The position numbers were made by a program, and so were the translations under genes. The notes under the pieces were generated by a model. The model did not search any database, was not told the origin of the DNA, and saw only the letters and a list, made by a program, of their open reading frames with translations. A stretch of 64,000 bases of DNA. Source: Malacoraja senta. Lineage: Eukaryota. Below are positions 14,256-27,809 of this stretch, piece after piece. The stretch covers positions 62,001 to 126,000 of the forward strand of contig JAXLNO010002577.1 of the NCBI GenBank assembly GCA_038087875.1. Direction: 5' to 3'. Every line of letters starts with the position of its first letter. Positions within the stretch are counted from its first letter, which is position 1.

Positions 14256-15554
14256 TGAACATGATGCCTAGATAAACGAATCTCATCTGCCTACACATGA
14301 TCCATATTCCTCCTTTCCCTGCATATCCATGTGTTTATCTAAAAGCTTCTTTAACATCATTATAGTATCTGCTTGTAAAAACTTGTCCCGCACATTTTCT
14401 TTACATGTTGCCCTTCTTACCTTAAAGCTATCTAGTCTTTGATAGTTCCTCTGTTGGAAAAAGGTACTGCAACTTCTTGCTACTTCATTAATCCAGCATC
14501 CATCTCTCTGTCAGTTGTAGTCACCTGTTTCATGTTTGCATGCTGTCAGATTTATGCAAAATAAAACTGAACATAATACATCACAGATGGTGCTTCGAGG
14601 CACTTTGATGTGAGTTGTCAGCTCCTCTGTTACCCCAATGAACTAAATTTGCTATTTTGTTCTCTTTAACCATTAACAAAGCACATATTTTGTTATTCCA
14701 CCTCCTTTATCCTCATTCAACCCTCACCTATTGCAGGAGCTTTACCTAGACACTGTAAGGTGAAATAGACACAAAGTGCTGGATTAACTCAACGGGTCAG
14801 ACAGCATCTCTCGAGGACATGCATAGTTGACATTCTTTCAGAAGAAGCGTCTCAACCAAAAACATTACCGATCCATGTCCTTCAGTGATGTTGAGTTGCT
14901 CCAGCACAATGTGTCTTTTTTTGTAAACCAGCATCTGCAGTTAGTTGTGCCTACTGGTGATGTACTGGAGGATTTGTGCAAATGGAAGGTTGATCCTCAG
15001 CGTGAACTTTGTGGGCTGAAGGACCTATTTCTGTGCAGTATTTAGCAGCATTTCACTCCAGCATTGGACGCACAGATTCTGGCACTATAGTGGGACTTGG
15101 GCACTTCCCTTTGGGACCTGCAAGAAGAGTTCATGGAGAATTCATCAGTAATGCTCCCTTCTCTGATCACGGCTGTTACTCCACTCACTTTGTGACCTGG
15201 CTCATTGCGTCGGCCACAGCCTGCGATGGCTTGGACGCCACTGAGGATAGCTTGGGAGAGGTTGGCACATGGAGGGTCAGACACAACAAACTGCTTTTGC
15301 TGCCATTATCCTGGGTCAATGCTTAAACACCCTGCTCATGACAGTCACAGCACCGTGGCAGAAACTGCAATGGAGACGAAAGAGAACATGGAGGAGGATG
15401 AAGGCTCTCTCCTTTGTGTCTGATGCCCAACACCCTGCATACGACAACCTCTCCAAAACTACCCCTATCCTCACTGCCCCCTAAGCCAATGCAGGCTATT
15501 CCTGCCCTGTGCAGGAGGTCTACATGGTGTTGGAGACCATCACCCTTTCTAAGC

Positions 15555-16130
15555 TGGATAGGGTGCAGAGAGGATTTACCAGGATGTTGCCAGGACTCGA
15601 GGGCCTGAGCTATAGGGAGTTGTTAAGCATGTTTCACTCTATTCCTTGGAGCGCAGGAGAATGAGGGGTGATCTTTTAGGGGTATATAAGACCATGAGAG
15701 GATTAGATAGGGTAAATGTACAGACTTTTACCTAGAATAGGGGGCATAGGTTTAAGGCGAGGGGGGGGGGGGAGAAGATTTAATGAGAAACTGAGGGGCA
15801 ACATTTTTACACAAAGGGTGGTAGGTACATCGAACGAGCTGCCAGAGAAGGTAGTTGAGGCAGGTACTATCATAAAGTTTAAAAAACAGTTGGATAGGTA
15901 CAGGGATAGGAAAAGTTTAGAGGGATATGGGACAAATGCATGCAGGTGGGACTAGTGTAGATGGGACATGTTGGTTCATGCCTACTATATTCTGTTGTGC
16001 TGAAGCAAAGCAAGAATTTCATTGTTCTATCTGGGACACGACAATAAACTCTCTTGAATCTTGAATCTTGAATCTCGAATCTTGGTTGGGCCGAAGGTCC
16101 GGTTTCCACGCTGTACGACACTATGAATCT
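15555..16130 (+). mobile_element. CR1 3' fragment containing a short Rex1/Babar 3'-tail insertion (~15975-16082)
   Basis: RVQRGFTRMLPG..FTQRVVG; internal GACAATAAACTCTC(TTGAATC)n tail. Confidence 0.75.
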
Positions 16131-16206
16131 AGGACATTGTAATTCCAAACTCATACCCAATCCCCGCACAATGTGCTCCTTAACTTGTGTGGTACACTGC
16201 GTGTTC

Positions 16207-16735
16207 ACAAGTTCACAAGTTATAGAAGTAGAATTAGGCCATTTGGCCCATCGAGCCTACTCGGTTATTCAATCATTGCTGATTTTGGCTTTCTAACCCC
16301 ATTCTCCTGCCTTCTCCCCATAACCCTTGACACCCAATTCTAATCAAAAACTTGTCTTTCTCTGCCTTAAAAATATCCACTGATGGCCTCCACAGCCCTC
16401 TGTGGCAATGAGTCCCACAGATTAACTACTCTCTGACTAAAGAAGTTCCTCCTCACCTCATTTTTAAAAGAGCGCCCTTTAATTCTGAGGCTATGATCTC
16501 TGGTCCTAGACTCTCCCACCAGTGGAAACATCCTTTCCACATCCACTCTATCTATGCCTTTCATTATTCTGCAAGTTTCAATGAGATCCCCCCTCAACCT
16601 TCTAAACTCCAGCGAGTACAGGCCCAGTGCTGTCAAACGCTCATCATATGCTGACCCATTCATTCCTGGGATCATTCTTGGAAACCTCCTCTGGATCCTC
16701 TCCAGAGCCAGCACATCCTTCCTCAAAATTGGTGC
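16207..16735 (-). mobile_element. CR1 LINE 3' fragment
   Basis: Minus-strand ORF LERIQRRFPRMIPG..FSQRVVNLWDSLP. Confidence 0.9.
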
Positions 16736-16885
16736 CCAAATTGGCTCATTTAGAGTTGGACCATGTGACAATGCGCCCTGCTACCAGTCAATGCTTCTCT
16801 CTGGACAGGCTAGCCAGCAGTCAGTGGGAGCCAGCCCAATCCCAGTTTGTTTCAAACTGAACTGGTTCAAAAGGAAATCACCAGG

Positions 16886-17240
16886 GTGACACAGTGGCTC
16901 AGCTGATAGAGGTGCTGGCTCACAGAGCCAGAGGCCCGGGCTCGAACCTGACCTTGGGTGCTGTCTGTGCCGTGATTCAATGAATCATTGAATTAAATCA
17001 TGGAGTTTGCACATTCTTCTTGTGATCACCTGGATTTCTCTGGGTGCTCCGGTTTCCTCCCACATCCCAAAGACATTCAGGTCTGTAGTTAATTCCCCCC
17101 CCCCCCCCTGTAAATTGCCCCCTAGAGTGTAGGGAGTAGATGCAAAAGTGAGATAACATGCAACTAGTGTGAATGGGTGATCGATGGTCGGCGTGGACTT
17201 AATGGGCCAAAGAGCCTGTTTCTATGCTGTATTTTTCAAT
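16886..17240 (+). mobile_element. tRNA-derived V-SINE
   Basis: GTGGCTCAGCTG..CTCGAACC head and V-core GGTTTCCTCCCAC. Confidence 0.7.
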
Positions 17241-17818
17241 CAAAAACCACATCTCAATTCCCATTATGTTATTTTTCTAAAGGAAGATTAACCCTACCTG
17301 AAGTAAACGGCCTTCAGCAGGTCCTGTATATACAAATACCAACATACATATTGTGATTTTCACCAGACTTGACTCAGATGGAGGGCTGATTTGTTTTTAC
17401 CGCAGCCTACAATGCGATCAGGTCAAAGGAAGCCCCTGCATTAAGAATTAGGCAGGATACTTAATTACAATGAACACCTCGTCATTTGGTGCTTTTATTG
17501 CAGAAATCAGCACTGTTCCTTTAAAAATAAAGACAGCTTTTATATTGACAGGTCCAGGAAATAAAATAAAATCAGGCCATGTGCATCAAGTGCCTTCTGA
17601 GTGCGATCAGCGTTTCATTATTAATTAAATTCAGCCGTAAGGCACGCACCTCTCTATAACAAGCAGCTGTTTCCTGGAAAGACTGAAATCTTTTTTTAAT
17701 CAACAATAAAATCAGCTGCATTACTTTGTAATTAATGTGGTGTTTTTGATCTCTGCATCCATCTATACCGGCTCTTGCACGCAAATTAGTTTACTAAACA
17801 ATTTCAATTTGCAGATAA

Positions 17819-18054
17819 TATGGCGGGCGAATAAGCAAGCTGTGCGTGGTGAATCAAAGAGATCTTTCTTGATGAAGTAAAGAGAACAACACACACGCGA
17901 ATGGGGGAAGGCTGACCCAGGGTTCTATACTTATACTAGGACACACCCCTAAACCTCGTGACAACTCCTTCCCACCATTACCCAGTCACGTGACCCTAGC
18001 CCCGACAGCCGAGGGTTCGCATAGTGAGTGGCCTACCCACCGAGTGCCGCCACA
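17819..18054 (-). mobile_element. Short solo LTR (Gypsy-like) nested in a Penelope-terminus repeat
   Basis: Termini TATGGCGG / CCGCCACA, flanks ATAA/ATAG. The host repeat 17812-18224 is flanked by AATTTCAATTTG direct repeats. Confidence 0.6.
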
Positions 18055-19202
18055 ATAGACACAAGAAGCTGGAGTAACTCAGCGGGACAAGCAGACTGAA
18101 TAAGGGTCTCGACCCGAAACGTCACCCATTCCTTCTCTTCAGAGATGCTACCTGTCCCGCTGAGTTACTCCAGCTTTTTGCTTCTATCTTTGGTTTAAAC
18201 CAGCATCTGCAATTCCTTCCTACAAATTTCAATTTGACAATAGATCGGTTAATAAAATGACATTTTAGCAAATTTATTGAACAATTATCATCTGTGCTAC
18301 ATTCAATGTCAAATACACAAGACACAATAACAACTGTTGTATTAAATGTTGTATTCTATTAAATCCCGTTTGGTGTAAGCTATCATCATCCCAGTTATCA
18401 GCAGTACTGATCTCTAATGACTGGAACAAATGCTGAAAATGTGTTCCAATTTTTGCTTAATTATTCAAAACAATGGCAATTGTTGAATTACAACCTGTAT
18501 GCAGCTCTTTGAAAAATACAGTGTGTATACTGTTCAATCCTGTGGTGACAATTTAAACGAGAAAGTGATAGGTTTGTCCAGTTGGCAGTGTTACCATTAT
18601 AAAACCAAGGCTCCGTTCCCATTTTAAGGTACAAATTACATCCTTCATTAATAATTTCATTCCTTTTAATTACCACGGTAATTTATCATCAAACAAATCA
18701 TTATTTTACATGAATAAAATTTTTTGTTTAATTTTAGCAGGGAATATTTCACGCAGTCTCCAGCTGCAAAATGAATTCACACAAAGAAGGGTGTAATCTG
18801 TGATATGAGACCCAGAATGTTTATGTGCAGTGTGATTAACCTCACCAGTTTGCAGGGAGCCAGAAACATTGCATTTCTTATTTGGATCTGCTCTTCCAAA
18901 AGCAGGTTAGGTTAGCACTGCCATTGTGCCCTGAGCCATTGACTTTGTGCAATGCTACAGATGGTTCACAGGTTGCTAATGGAAATTACCTTAAAATAGC
19001 AAGGCTGAGAACTGTTGTGATTCTAATCATTGTGCGAAATGCTGGGGTCCAACTCCTGGGCATTGACCCGAATATAGAATGAGGAAACCTCACTCACATG
19101 GCTAATGCTGATGAGTACCTTCTGTGGGTCCCCAGAGGAGCTCCGCAAGGTAACATAGGAATTATCCTGGATCCTGCAATTTTGCTTTAACACAACATTT
19201 CA

Positions 19203-19445
19203 TGGAGGGGGAGGGGGGGATGGAGGGGGGAGGGGGTAGAGGGGGTGGAGTGGGTGGAGTGGTGGGTGAAGGGCAGGGTGGGGTGCAGGGTTGGATGGTA
19301 GGGAGGAGGGGGGAGGGATAGGTAGAGGGGGGAGGGGGGCGGAGTGGGAGGAGTGGGTGGTAGGTAGGAGGAGGGAGGGAGGGAGGGAGAGGGAAGGGTG
19401 GAGAGGGAGAGGGAGTCGAGGGCAGAGCGGGGGTGGGGGGGGGGA
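19203..19445. repeat. G-rich low-complexity tract
   Basis: About 240 bp of GGG runs separated mostly by A or T. Confidence 0.9.
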
Positions 19446-19880
19446 GCCCAATCACATAAAAACGTTTTGAAACACTGGACTTTAGATGCCTTTAGTGCAA
19501 TCACCCAGTGTCATTCCTTCTAGGTTTTGGGCCGAGCTTAGCTAAGCCCAAAGCAAAGAAAGTCCCATTCTGACAACACTTTCTACATTTTGCTTGGGGC
19601 AGATAGGAAATATCATGCCCTGAAAAAAAAAGCAAATTTCCAGGTCTCATGTAATTCCTGGAAATATTCCTTGATCATTGGCAGATTGAGTACTATGAGT
19701 CCTGAAACAGGTCAAACCTGTACCATACTAATTCAGCTGATAGAGACTACAGGCACTGCCCGACTTGTGTAAGGGTCACATCCTGTGGACCCTTGCATAA
19801 GTCAGATGTTACATGTCAGAAATGGAAGTCCTACTGCCCACGCATAGATTTACTATTCGACACGGAGTTTATGTGGGAGA

Positions 19881-20077
19881 TTGGGGAAGCTCAGACAGGG
19901 TGACCATGGGGAGCTCTGATGCAGAGACCATGTGGGAGCTCCGATGCGCAGACCACAGGGGAGCTGCAATGCAGAGACAACCTGGGAGCTCCAGAGCGGA
20001 GGTGATGGGGGAGCTCCGTCATGGAGACATGGAGGAGCTCCGTCGTGGAGACCATGTGGGAGCCTCCACGAGACCAG
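19881..20077. repeat. Minisatellite, ~25-bp unit x ~8
   Basis: Recurrent GGGAGCTCC..GCAGAGACCAT(G) unit. Confidence 0.8.
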
Positions 20078-21169
20078 CTGACTGTCTTGTGGGAATGGCC
20101 TAATGCGATGGCATTAGCGCACTGCTAACGAGATTACTGGGATGCACAACTCGGAAATAAAGCAATGGGCTTAAAATATTGCTTCTATAAGTGCAAGTTT
20201 ACATAAGCTACCTATTATGTAAGCTGGGGCGTGCCTGTACAGCATTTTTTTTGTTGGCCCTTCCAATTTGTGCATCCGTGATATTCTCTCCAGTGAGTGT
20301 TGTGGCATTAGACATGAACATGTGGTACTGTGAATGCAGTCTGGTTCAGTGGATAATTTTGCACATATTTCACGACTGAGAGAGCAATTGAAAACTATAA
20401 ATCCTGATCATATAACGACAACAAAGAAGGCAGATTTAATCACTTTCTGGAAGGTTGCCTCCATTTCAAAATGTTCTCACTTGCCTGGCATACACATACA
20501 ATACCACAAGCACTGGGGAGGTGTAGTCCCGAGCCCACACACGATAACTTGGTTCCTTGAAGGATGGGTTTGACTATGTGACATGTCAATGATTAGAAAA
20601 TGATAGGAACTGTCGCACTCTCCTGCCAAGGGCAGCAAGAAGGGTTACTTTGCTGCACCAGATAATAAAGTTTAAAGCGATGGAGACCATTCATTCCATA
20701 GTGTCGATGCTGGCCAAGAATTAAGTTATTTGGTCTACCCCCAGTTCTCATTGGATAGCCTTGTCAGTAGCTGGGAGGAATTCCGTTAGGTCAATATTTC
20801 CTGGAATTTCAATTGAAAAATGTTGCAATTTTCACCATTATGGCCTTGAAGATTGTTTCACTTCCATTTCCAGTTTATTGCACGTCACTCCAAGAACTCA
20901 TTCCAGTTGTGATCCCAACATGTGGCATTGTGGAATGTGAACTTGGACTACAATGTTTTAAAGTCTTGAATAACAATTTTGTCCCAGATGGCAGGGCAAA
21001 GCTGGAATGGACATCTGCTGGGTACATTAAATATTTACCTTCACCCTAGGGCACCAGCACCATCTCAATCTCTGGACTAGACACTTCCTGGTCTTATGAT
21101 CCATGATAAATAAAGCTCCCACATCTTGCAAAACTTGTTCTCGGTTTTAAAGAAACCAATCATAATGTC

Positions 21170-21315
21170 ATAAGGTCATAAGTGATAGGAATAGAATTAG
21201 GCCATTCAGCCCATCAAGGTTACTCCGCCATTCAATCACAGCTAATCTATCTCTCCCTCCTATCCCCATTCTCCTGCCTTCTCCCCATAACATCTGACAC
21301 CTGTACTAATCAAGA
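21170..21315 (-). mobile_element. CR1 3' UTR fragment
   Basis: GGCCATTCAGCCCATC..CCCATTCTCCTGCCTTCTCCCCATAA. Confidence 0.7.
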
Positions 21316-22360
21316 AATACATTCCCTTGCCTCGCATATTGATGAATCAATTCCAATCCTTCCTCTTCCAAGGCACAATCAGTAAAGATGTTCTTCTGCT
21401 CCAGATCTTAATGATCCCACCACAAGACGTTCAAAGAAGGTGATGGATGGAGGCTTGCAGCAGTCTCGGTCTAGCATGGAGCGGACAATGTTCATAACAA
21501 CAAAAGCGCGGACTGCATTTTGAAATTGGAGGGAAAACATGGCACGCGGGATCAGTGGACTATTTCTGTGCACTTGCTAATCGGGGCTGTGCTTGGGTAT
21601 GGTAACACTCCACTGGCCTGTTTGTAAGAAAATAATTTCACTGTGTGTTTGCACTTTGTACATGATTTCACGATAAAGACATCACTGAACCATTGAACCC
21701 TCCCATTTGCAGGTCTCCAGTGTATCAAATATCCACTGATTCCTGAGTCTGGTCTTTGGAGGGGAGAATCAAGACACACATGTTCTCTTGTCATTGTGCA
21801 TGTTCATGCAACCAAGCCCTTGGCCATTCTGGCCCTTGGTTCTGGGTGCACAAGGATTTTTAGTACGTTATTCCTGCTGTAGCAGTGAGCAAAAGTGTGG
21901 GAAGTAAGTAACAAAGCATAAAGGAAAGGTTCTTTCATTGTAGAAAAGAAATGAGACGTATAACAGGATTTATATAAATATGCTAGTGAAATGCATTCAT
22001 GCAGTACATTCATTTGGGCACTGCAGGACCAGCGATGAAACACATCTGTTCCATTACAGGATGCAGCTATGTTTAGTAACGAACAAACTCTCAGAACTCA
22101 TCATTTGTGATCAAACAAAGACAGCTACATGGGCTTTGTTAAAACCATGTTCAACAAATTTAAAAGCGTTATTTGAAGAAGTGACTAATCTAGATCAAAG
22201 GAATGGATCAGATGTGAAGGATGGAGATTAAGAATTCTCCCAGGAATGTTGCTGTGAAAGCTCAATCAAGTGATACAAGAAGTAAAGTGGCAACTCTGAT
22301 AGTTTGCTGGTGGTTGGGAAATAAAGAGATTTAGTAAACACTGCTGCTCGTGTTTAAAAC

Positions 22361-23465
22361 GGCAGCACGGTGGCACAGCAGTAGAGTTGCTGCCTTACAG
22401 CGCCAGATTTCTGGGTTCAATCCTGACTATGGGTGCTGTCTGTAGGGAGTTTGTACGTTCTCCCCATGACCTGCATGGGTTTTCGCTGGGTGCTCCGGTT
22501 TCCTCCCACACTCCAAAGAAGTACAGGTTTGTAGGCTTATTGGCTTGGTAAAATTGTAAATTGTCCCTAGTGTTGTTAATATTGGCTAAATTAAAGAGGT
22601 CACAAAATGGAGGATCTTTGCATTTGCGGGGCCTGCTTGGTCTCTTTCTGTGAAAGTTGCAAGATGGAGTCACGGCTCCAAGGAGTCAGAATCCTAGATG
22701 AAAGTTGATGATAAGGAGAGGTCCAGATGTCCTAACTTCGTTAATACGTATGAAGGTTTGCAGAGGGAGATAAGAAGGTCTGCAAATGCATAGTGGGGAT
22801 TGCTTATAGAAGGGGGTGTAAAAAGGTATTGTAAATAATGTTGCAGTGTGTTTGTGCTGTTGTTTGATGATTGGTTGAAGTGTGAAACCTTGTTTGACTT
22901 GTTTATACAACCTGGGAAAATGTTGCATTACTTTAGTTAACTGACCATTCTTGAAGCCTCTGTAGAAACATTGTAATGGGGTACTTTGTAATTGGGTTAG
23001 GGAACTGTCAATAACTGTATAATGTGATCGATATGCATGATTGGCTTGTAGGGGCTGCCTCCCCCATGTAGTTCTGCCCCATGAGTCCGATGGCCTATAA
23101 AAGATTGTATCCCATGAGTATCGGAGTCGATCTTCTGGAGGTGCACTTGGGATCATGTGACCTGCTGGAAGTGTCTGCTTGCACGAGGCTGAAGGGCTTG
23201 AACGAGCAGAGACAAGGATCGAACCCGTGGTGGTTAGGTATTGTATAGGGAGATCATTTGTATCTGGGTAGAATAAAGATGAGTTGAACCAGTGCTTGAC
23301 TCAGTGTTTTACTGAACTAGACTAAGGGGGTAAGCTTTAGGAGCATAATTAGTGTGTGTAGGATAGTGTTATTGTGCGGGGATCGCTGGTCGGTGTGGGC
23401 TTGGTGGCACGAAGGGCCTGTTTCCACGCTGTATCTCTAAACTAAAATAAACTAAACTAAACTAA
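22361..23465 (+). mobile_element. V-SINE split by a solo LTR
   Basis: SINE head and core at 22361-22573; tail at 23352-23465. Confidence 0.8.
22574..23351 (+). mobile_element. Solo LTR, family A
   Basis: Reverse complement of 10430-11205, GTGT flanks, AATAAA near 23272. Confidence 0.8.
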
Positions 23466-23767
23466 GGGTAGAATTGATGCATGGCACAGTGGTCTGTGAT
23501 GGCACTAATTTGTTTACAGATAAATAGACTCACACATGTGCATAGATGACACAGAGAAGCCAACAACCATGTCATTAGCAAAAGCAGCAAGTTGGTTTAC
23601 CAGAGTAGCTGAATGGACAGGGTGCAGTAAACCAACACAATCACGGAATGAGTGGCTACCAGGATACAAGTCTGCATTCATCACTGAGGTGCCAAGTAGC
23701 AAAGACACATCTTGAACATCTTGTGCAGACATGGCTTCCTACCACAGAACCCTTCCCCTCCTTTCTT

Positions 23768-24072
23768 TTAGATGTTTAAAGATACAGCGTGGAAACATGG
23801 CCTTCAGCCCATCGAGTCCGTGCTGACCAGCGATCACCCCGTACACCAACACTATCCAACAAATTAGGGACCATTTACAATTTTACCGAAACCTATTAAC
23901 CTACAAGCCTGTACGTCTTTAGAGTGAGGGAGGAAACCGAAGCACCCGGGAAAACCCCACGCAGTCACAGGGAGAACGTACAAACTCAGTATGGACAGCA
24001 CCCATAGTCAGGTTCGAAGCCGGGTCTCTGGCGCTGTAAGGCAGCAACTCTACCATTGAGCCACTGTGCCTC
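23768..24072 (-). mobile_element. V-SINE
   Basis: Reverse complement of the 8387-type SINE. Confidence 0.8.
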
Positions 24073-26359
24073 CCATCTTTCCTTCCAACATCTTACCCTG
24101 GTATTCTCATTCTTCTAGCCAAGTTGTTTTCCAAAGGGAACGCTACTAACTAATTCATGTCTAGGAGCAACTGGTTTACGCAGACAATTTTTGAAGTCAG
24201 CAAGGAGTCTTTCAGTGTTTGCCACAGAGGTCCCTGCAGATTAACACCTTGAACCAACTGTGAGAACATTTGCAGGATCAGAGCAACAGCCAAAAGAAAA
24301 ATCCACCAGCAACGAACCTCCAACTGGTAAATGATTCTTTGAAATAACTCAGGTGAGAGGTCCTCCCCAATGTTTGAGAGAGGTTATTATCTGGTAACGG
24401 CCATTACTCTGGCAATACTCTGCTGGACTGTTGGAAAGAAAAGAATTTCACTGTGCGTTTGCACAAGTAACAATAAGAGCACTATTGAACCATTGAACCA
24501 CAGATCCTTGTGGGATACAATTACATATTTCCACCCTGTGTAAGCACCTTTTTACTATCTCCAGGCTCGCTTTTCTACTAGCTAACCAATCGCCTATTCT
24601 TGTCAATGTCTTGCTTTCAGTCCATGATCCTAAATTTTAGCTTGCACATCTCTTAAACAGAGACTTATCAACAATATCTTCTCTGGCCCTTATCAGTGAC
24701 ACACATGGAGTTTGCTGTGTCTGTTATCTCATTACTTGTTCCAAACATTCAATTTCTGATTCAGATATGGGTCCATCCAATCTACCATGGGTAATAAATA
24801 CATATGCTGACAGAGGTAAATGATGAAGCAGACAAAGCAGAATATTGTATCAGCTGTGCTGTATCCAAATGGTATTCCCATGCCTGAACTTTAATTACCT
24901 AACACAGCTTTAAAGAGTAAACCACCAAAATGACTATTTCAGGAGTTTCACCAGGTTCTTCTGAGAATCAGGCACTCATGTAGTCTTGTAATTTCACTGT
25001 TGTCCTGCTGAATTTCACTGTTTATATCACTCGTTATCACCTTTGCCACTGCTAACAATGGACCATTGTGGGCTCCACCTTTCCTTGATTAACGTTGCTA
25101 GCTTTGTTGTCCTTTTGCACACCGTTCATTCATTTTTTCTGTGTACCTTTTCATATCTCTCGTTTCCCTCTGCACTGACTCTCAGCCTGAAAAAGATTCT
25201 CGACCATAAACATCACCTATTCCTTTTCTCCTGAGATGCTGTCTGACCTGCAGAGTTACTCCAGCTTTTTGTGTCCATCTTTGATGTAAACCAGCATCGG
25301 CAGTTCCTTCCTACACACTCATGTGGTCCCGATGGAAATTGGTTTGGCACTTTTGTAATTTGCGATTGCGCTTTCTGCATTGGGAGTATGTGCAATGAAG
25401 TTCTTCTCACTGCAGGACTATTATTAAGATAAGACAGAGGTTAATGATCCACAATGGCCTGTGTGTGCCCATTGGTGGGCACTCCCATGTTAGCATCATC
25501 TAACTAACGCTGCAAATACTTAGTGAGTTCTTGCCTTTCCCTGATCAGTACTGCACCCAGTTCCAGATCACACTTTGAAATCCAGCTTGCCCCCAAGATC
25601 TGATCATAACATCTATAGGAAAATGTAATCCCCAATCATTAAATGCCTACACATTTCCCCATCCACTTCACCTAATGCTGGATCAATCAACCACTCCATT
25701 CCCTTTCAGGAATGCTGGTGCATTTCCCAATCCGCAATTACCAACCCAATGTTCATCCCTTGATCACTAATCACTTTACACATGGGCATGTCAATACCCA
25801 GTGATACACAGCCTTGATCTGATCACCCCAACACGCCTCCCCCTTACATATAATCAGCTTGAGCCAACCCCCCCCCCACTTCCTCACCTCTCACGTTTCC
25901 CCCTACTGCACCGCCAACCCTCCATTTTCAAAATGTGGCCCCAATTCCCAATCGTACTTCAGGCAAATTACTCTCTGCCATCATCAGTCTCTTCACATGA
26001 TACTGATCCAAATCTTTTTCACACTCTTCATACAATCCTCATCCAAATCCAATTTCCAGTTGCACTTCACACAATGTCGGCCCAATCTCAAATCCCATTT
26101 GACACAATGTTGGTCTGACCCCCACAATGACCCCTCACTCAATGTAAATCTGTTCCATCACCATCTCTCAATCACTTCATACAGCGCCGGTCCAAATCCC
26201 CAAGCCTTCTCGATCTCGTCATACTACCCCAAAACAATTCCCAATCCCACTCCAATACCCTCTCATTCCTTTCACCTAGACCAATCCCAAGCACTGGAGC
26301 ACCAATGATATTGTACTAGAATGATTAATAATGTCAAATAGTTATGTTTTGTGTGATTA

Positions 26360-26526
26360 GCTAGAGAGAGCTAGATAGGGCTCTTAAAGATAGCGGAGTC
26401 AGGGTATATGGGGAGAAGGCTGATTGGGTACTGATTGGGGATGATCAGCCATGATCACGTTGAATGGCGGTGCTGGCTCAAAGGGCCGAATGCCCTACTC
26501 CTGCACCTATTGTCTATTGTCTATTG
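26360..26526 (+). mobile_element. CR1 3' end
   Basis: GAGAGAGCTAGATAGGGCTCTT..(CTATTGT)n. Confidence 0.85.
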
Positions 26527-26984
26527 ATTATATTAAACATCTGTGTCATGATTAGGGCTTCACGATTTTGTTATTTTACGTTAAAATGAATATAAAACAT
26601 GTTTGTGAAGTGAGCAAACAAAATAATAGATGCAAATCATTAAAGCATAATAAAAACTAATAATATTTCAAAGGTGTTCAGTAAAAAGAACAACTAATTA
26701 CTTGCTATTTATATGGCAACAGATTAGGTTGTAGATGCAACAATCCACAAACCCTACAATATCAAGGAAACCAGCATTTAAATGCTCCAACACTGTAGAT
26801 TCATGGCGTCAGTTCAGGTCCTTCTTGGACGACCCAGAGCAGCATTGTTCCTGTTCAGGGAAGAGGGACCAGTAGAGTGTCCCTTGTAGCCAAGATCCAG
26901 AGGGCAAGGAGCACCGCCACTCCACCTAGGGTCCGTCGGGGGAGGAGTGGCTCTGCTGTCAACGACCGGAGGACTGGTGACAGG

Positions 26985-27322
26985 ATCTAGGGAGAGGATA
27001 GGACTGAAGATGTCCTGGTGGGGTTATTCCTAGGTCTGGCCAAGCTGGCCATCCGCGAGTCACGGCGCCAGGCGGAAGAGGGTTTTGCCCGAGCCAGATG
27101 CTTGCCCCTTTTCCGGGGTTACGCCCGCGCCCGGGTGGTGTTAGAGAGGGACATAGTTATATGGTAGTTACTTAGTATATTTATAAGGATTGTAACATAG
27201 TTGTTTGCAAATTTAGTGTCTCGATAATTTGGTGATTTTGTACTATGGTGGCGGGTGTGTTACCACGGTTTTGTTATTTATCGTGATCGTAACTAAATGA
27301 ATTATTTTTGATACAAAAAAAC
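26985..27322 (+). mobile_element. Tx1-like LINE 3' fragment
   Basis: Translates EDVLVGLFLGLAKLAIRESRRQ..CLPLFRGYARARV, resembling the Tx1 ORF2 C-terminus; A-tail near 27315. Confidence 0.6.
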
Positions 27323-27809
27323 ACCATAGATTCTTTGGCATTAACAATTACTAGGTTTTACATTAGTAAAAACGTTCTTTAATTTGCTCACAAATATATC
27401 TATTGCCAAACGCCATCTCCATGCAAATTATAATTAAGTGCAGCTTCCATAGGAACTTCTAATTACAGGTCCTGGCCACTAATAGCAATCCAGCAACCCC
27501 AAGTTTATTTGCTGGTGGATGTTGCTGTTGAGTTTAAGTGGTTCTGCGAAAAATCTTCAGTGGAGCAACATTGCCAAAGCCTCACTTAAAATACTTCATT
27601 GCCAACAGCAAAAACAGTAAACATGTCACTTGAAAATAAAGTAAAGGTAAAAGATTTTCCAATTCATTTAAGTGAATTGCAGCATTTCTCACTTTGCATA
27701 TTTGAATTCAATTTTTATACCTTATTTTCCAGATTGCTACAGCATGTAATTCTTCTGTAAGAAAAAAAAAACAATTAAGCCTCTGCTTAAATATTGTGCC
27801 CAAACCAGA

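Noticed and set aside
19162-19504. Proline-rich ORFs
   Set aside because: Translation artefacts of a G-rich low-complexity tract.
19881-20077. CRISPR-like array
   Set aside because: Degenerate head-to-tail units without unique spacers, in a vertebrate context with no cas genes.
25801-26308. ORFs in a C/A-rich stretch
   Set aside because: Compositionally biased, with no recognisable motif or splice structure.
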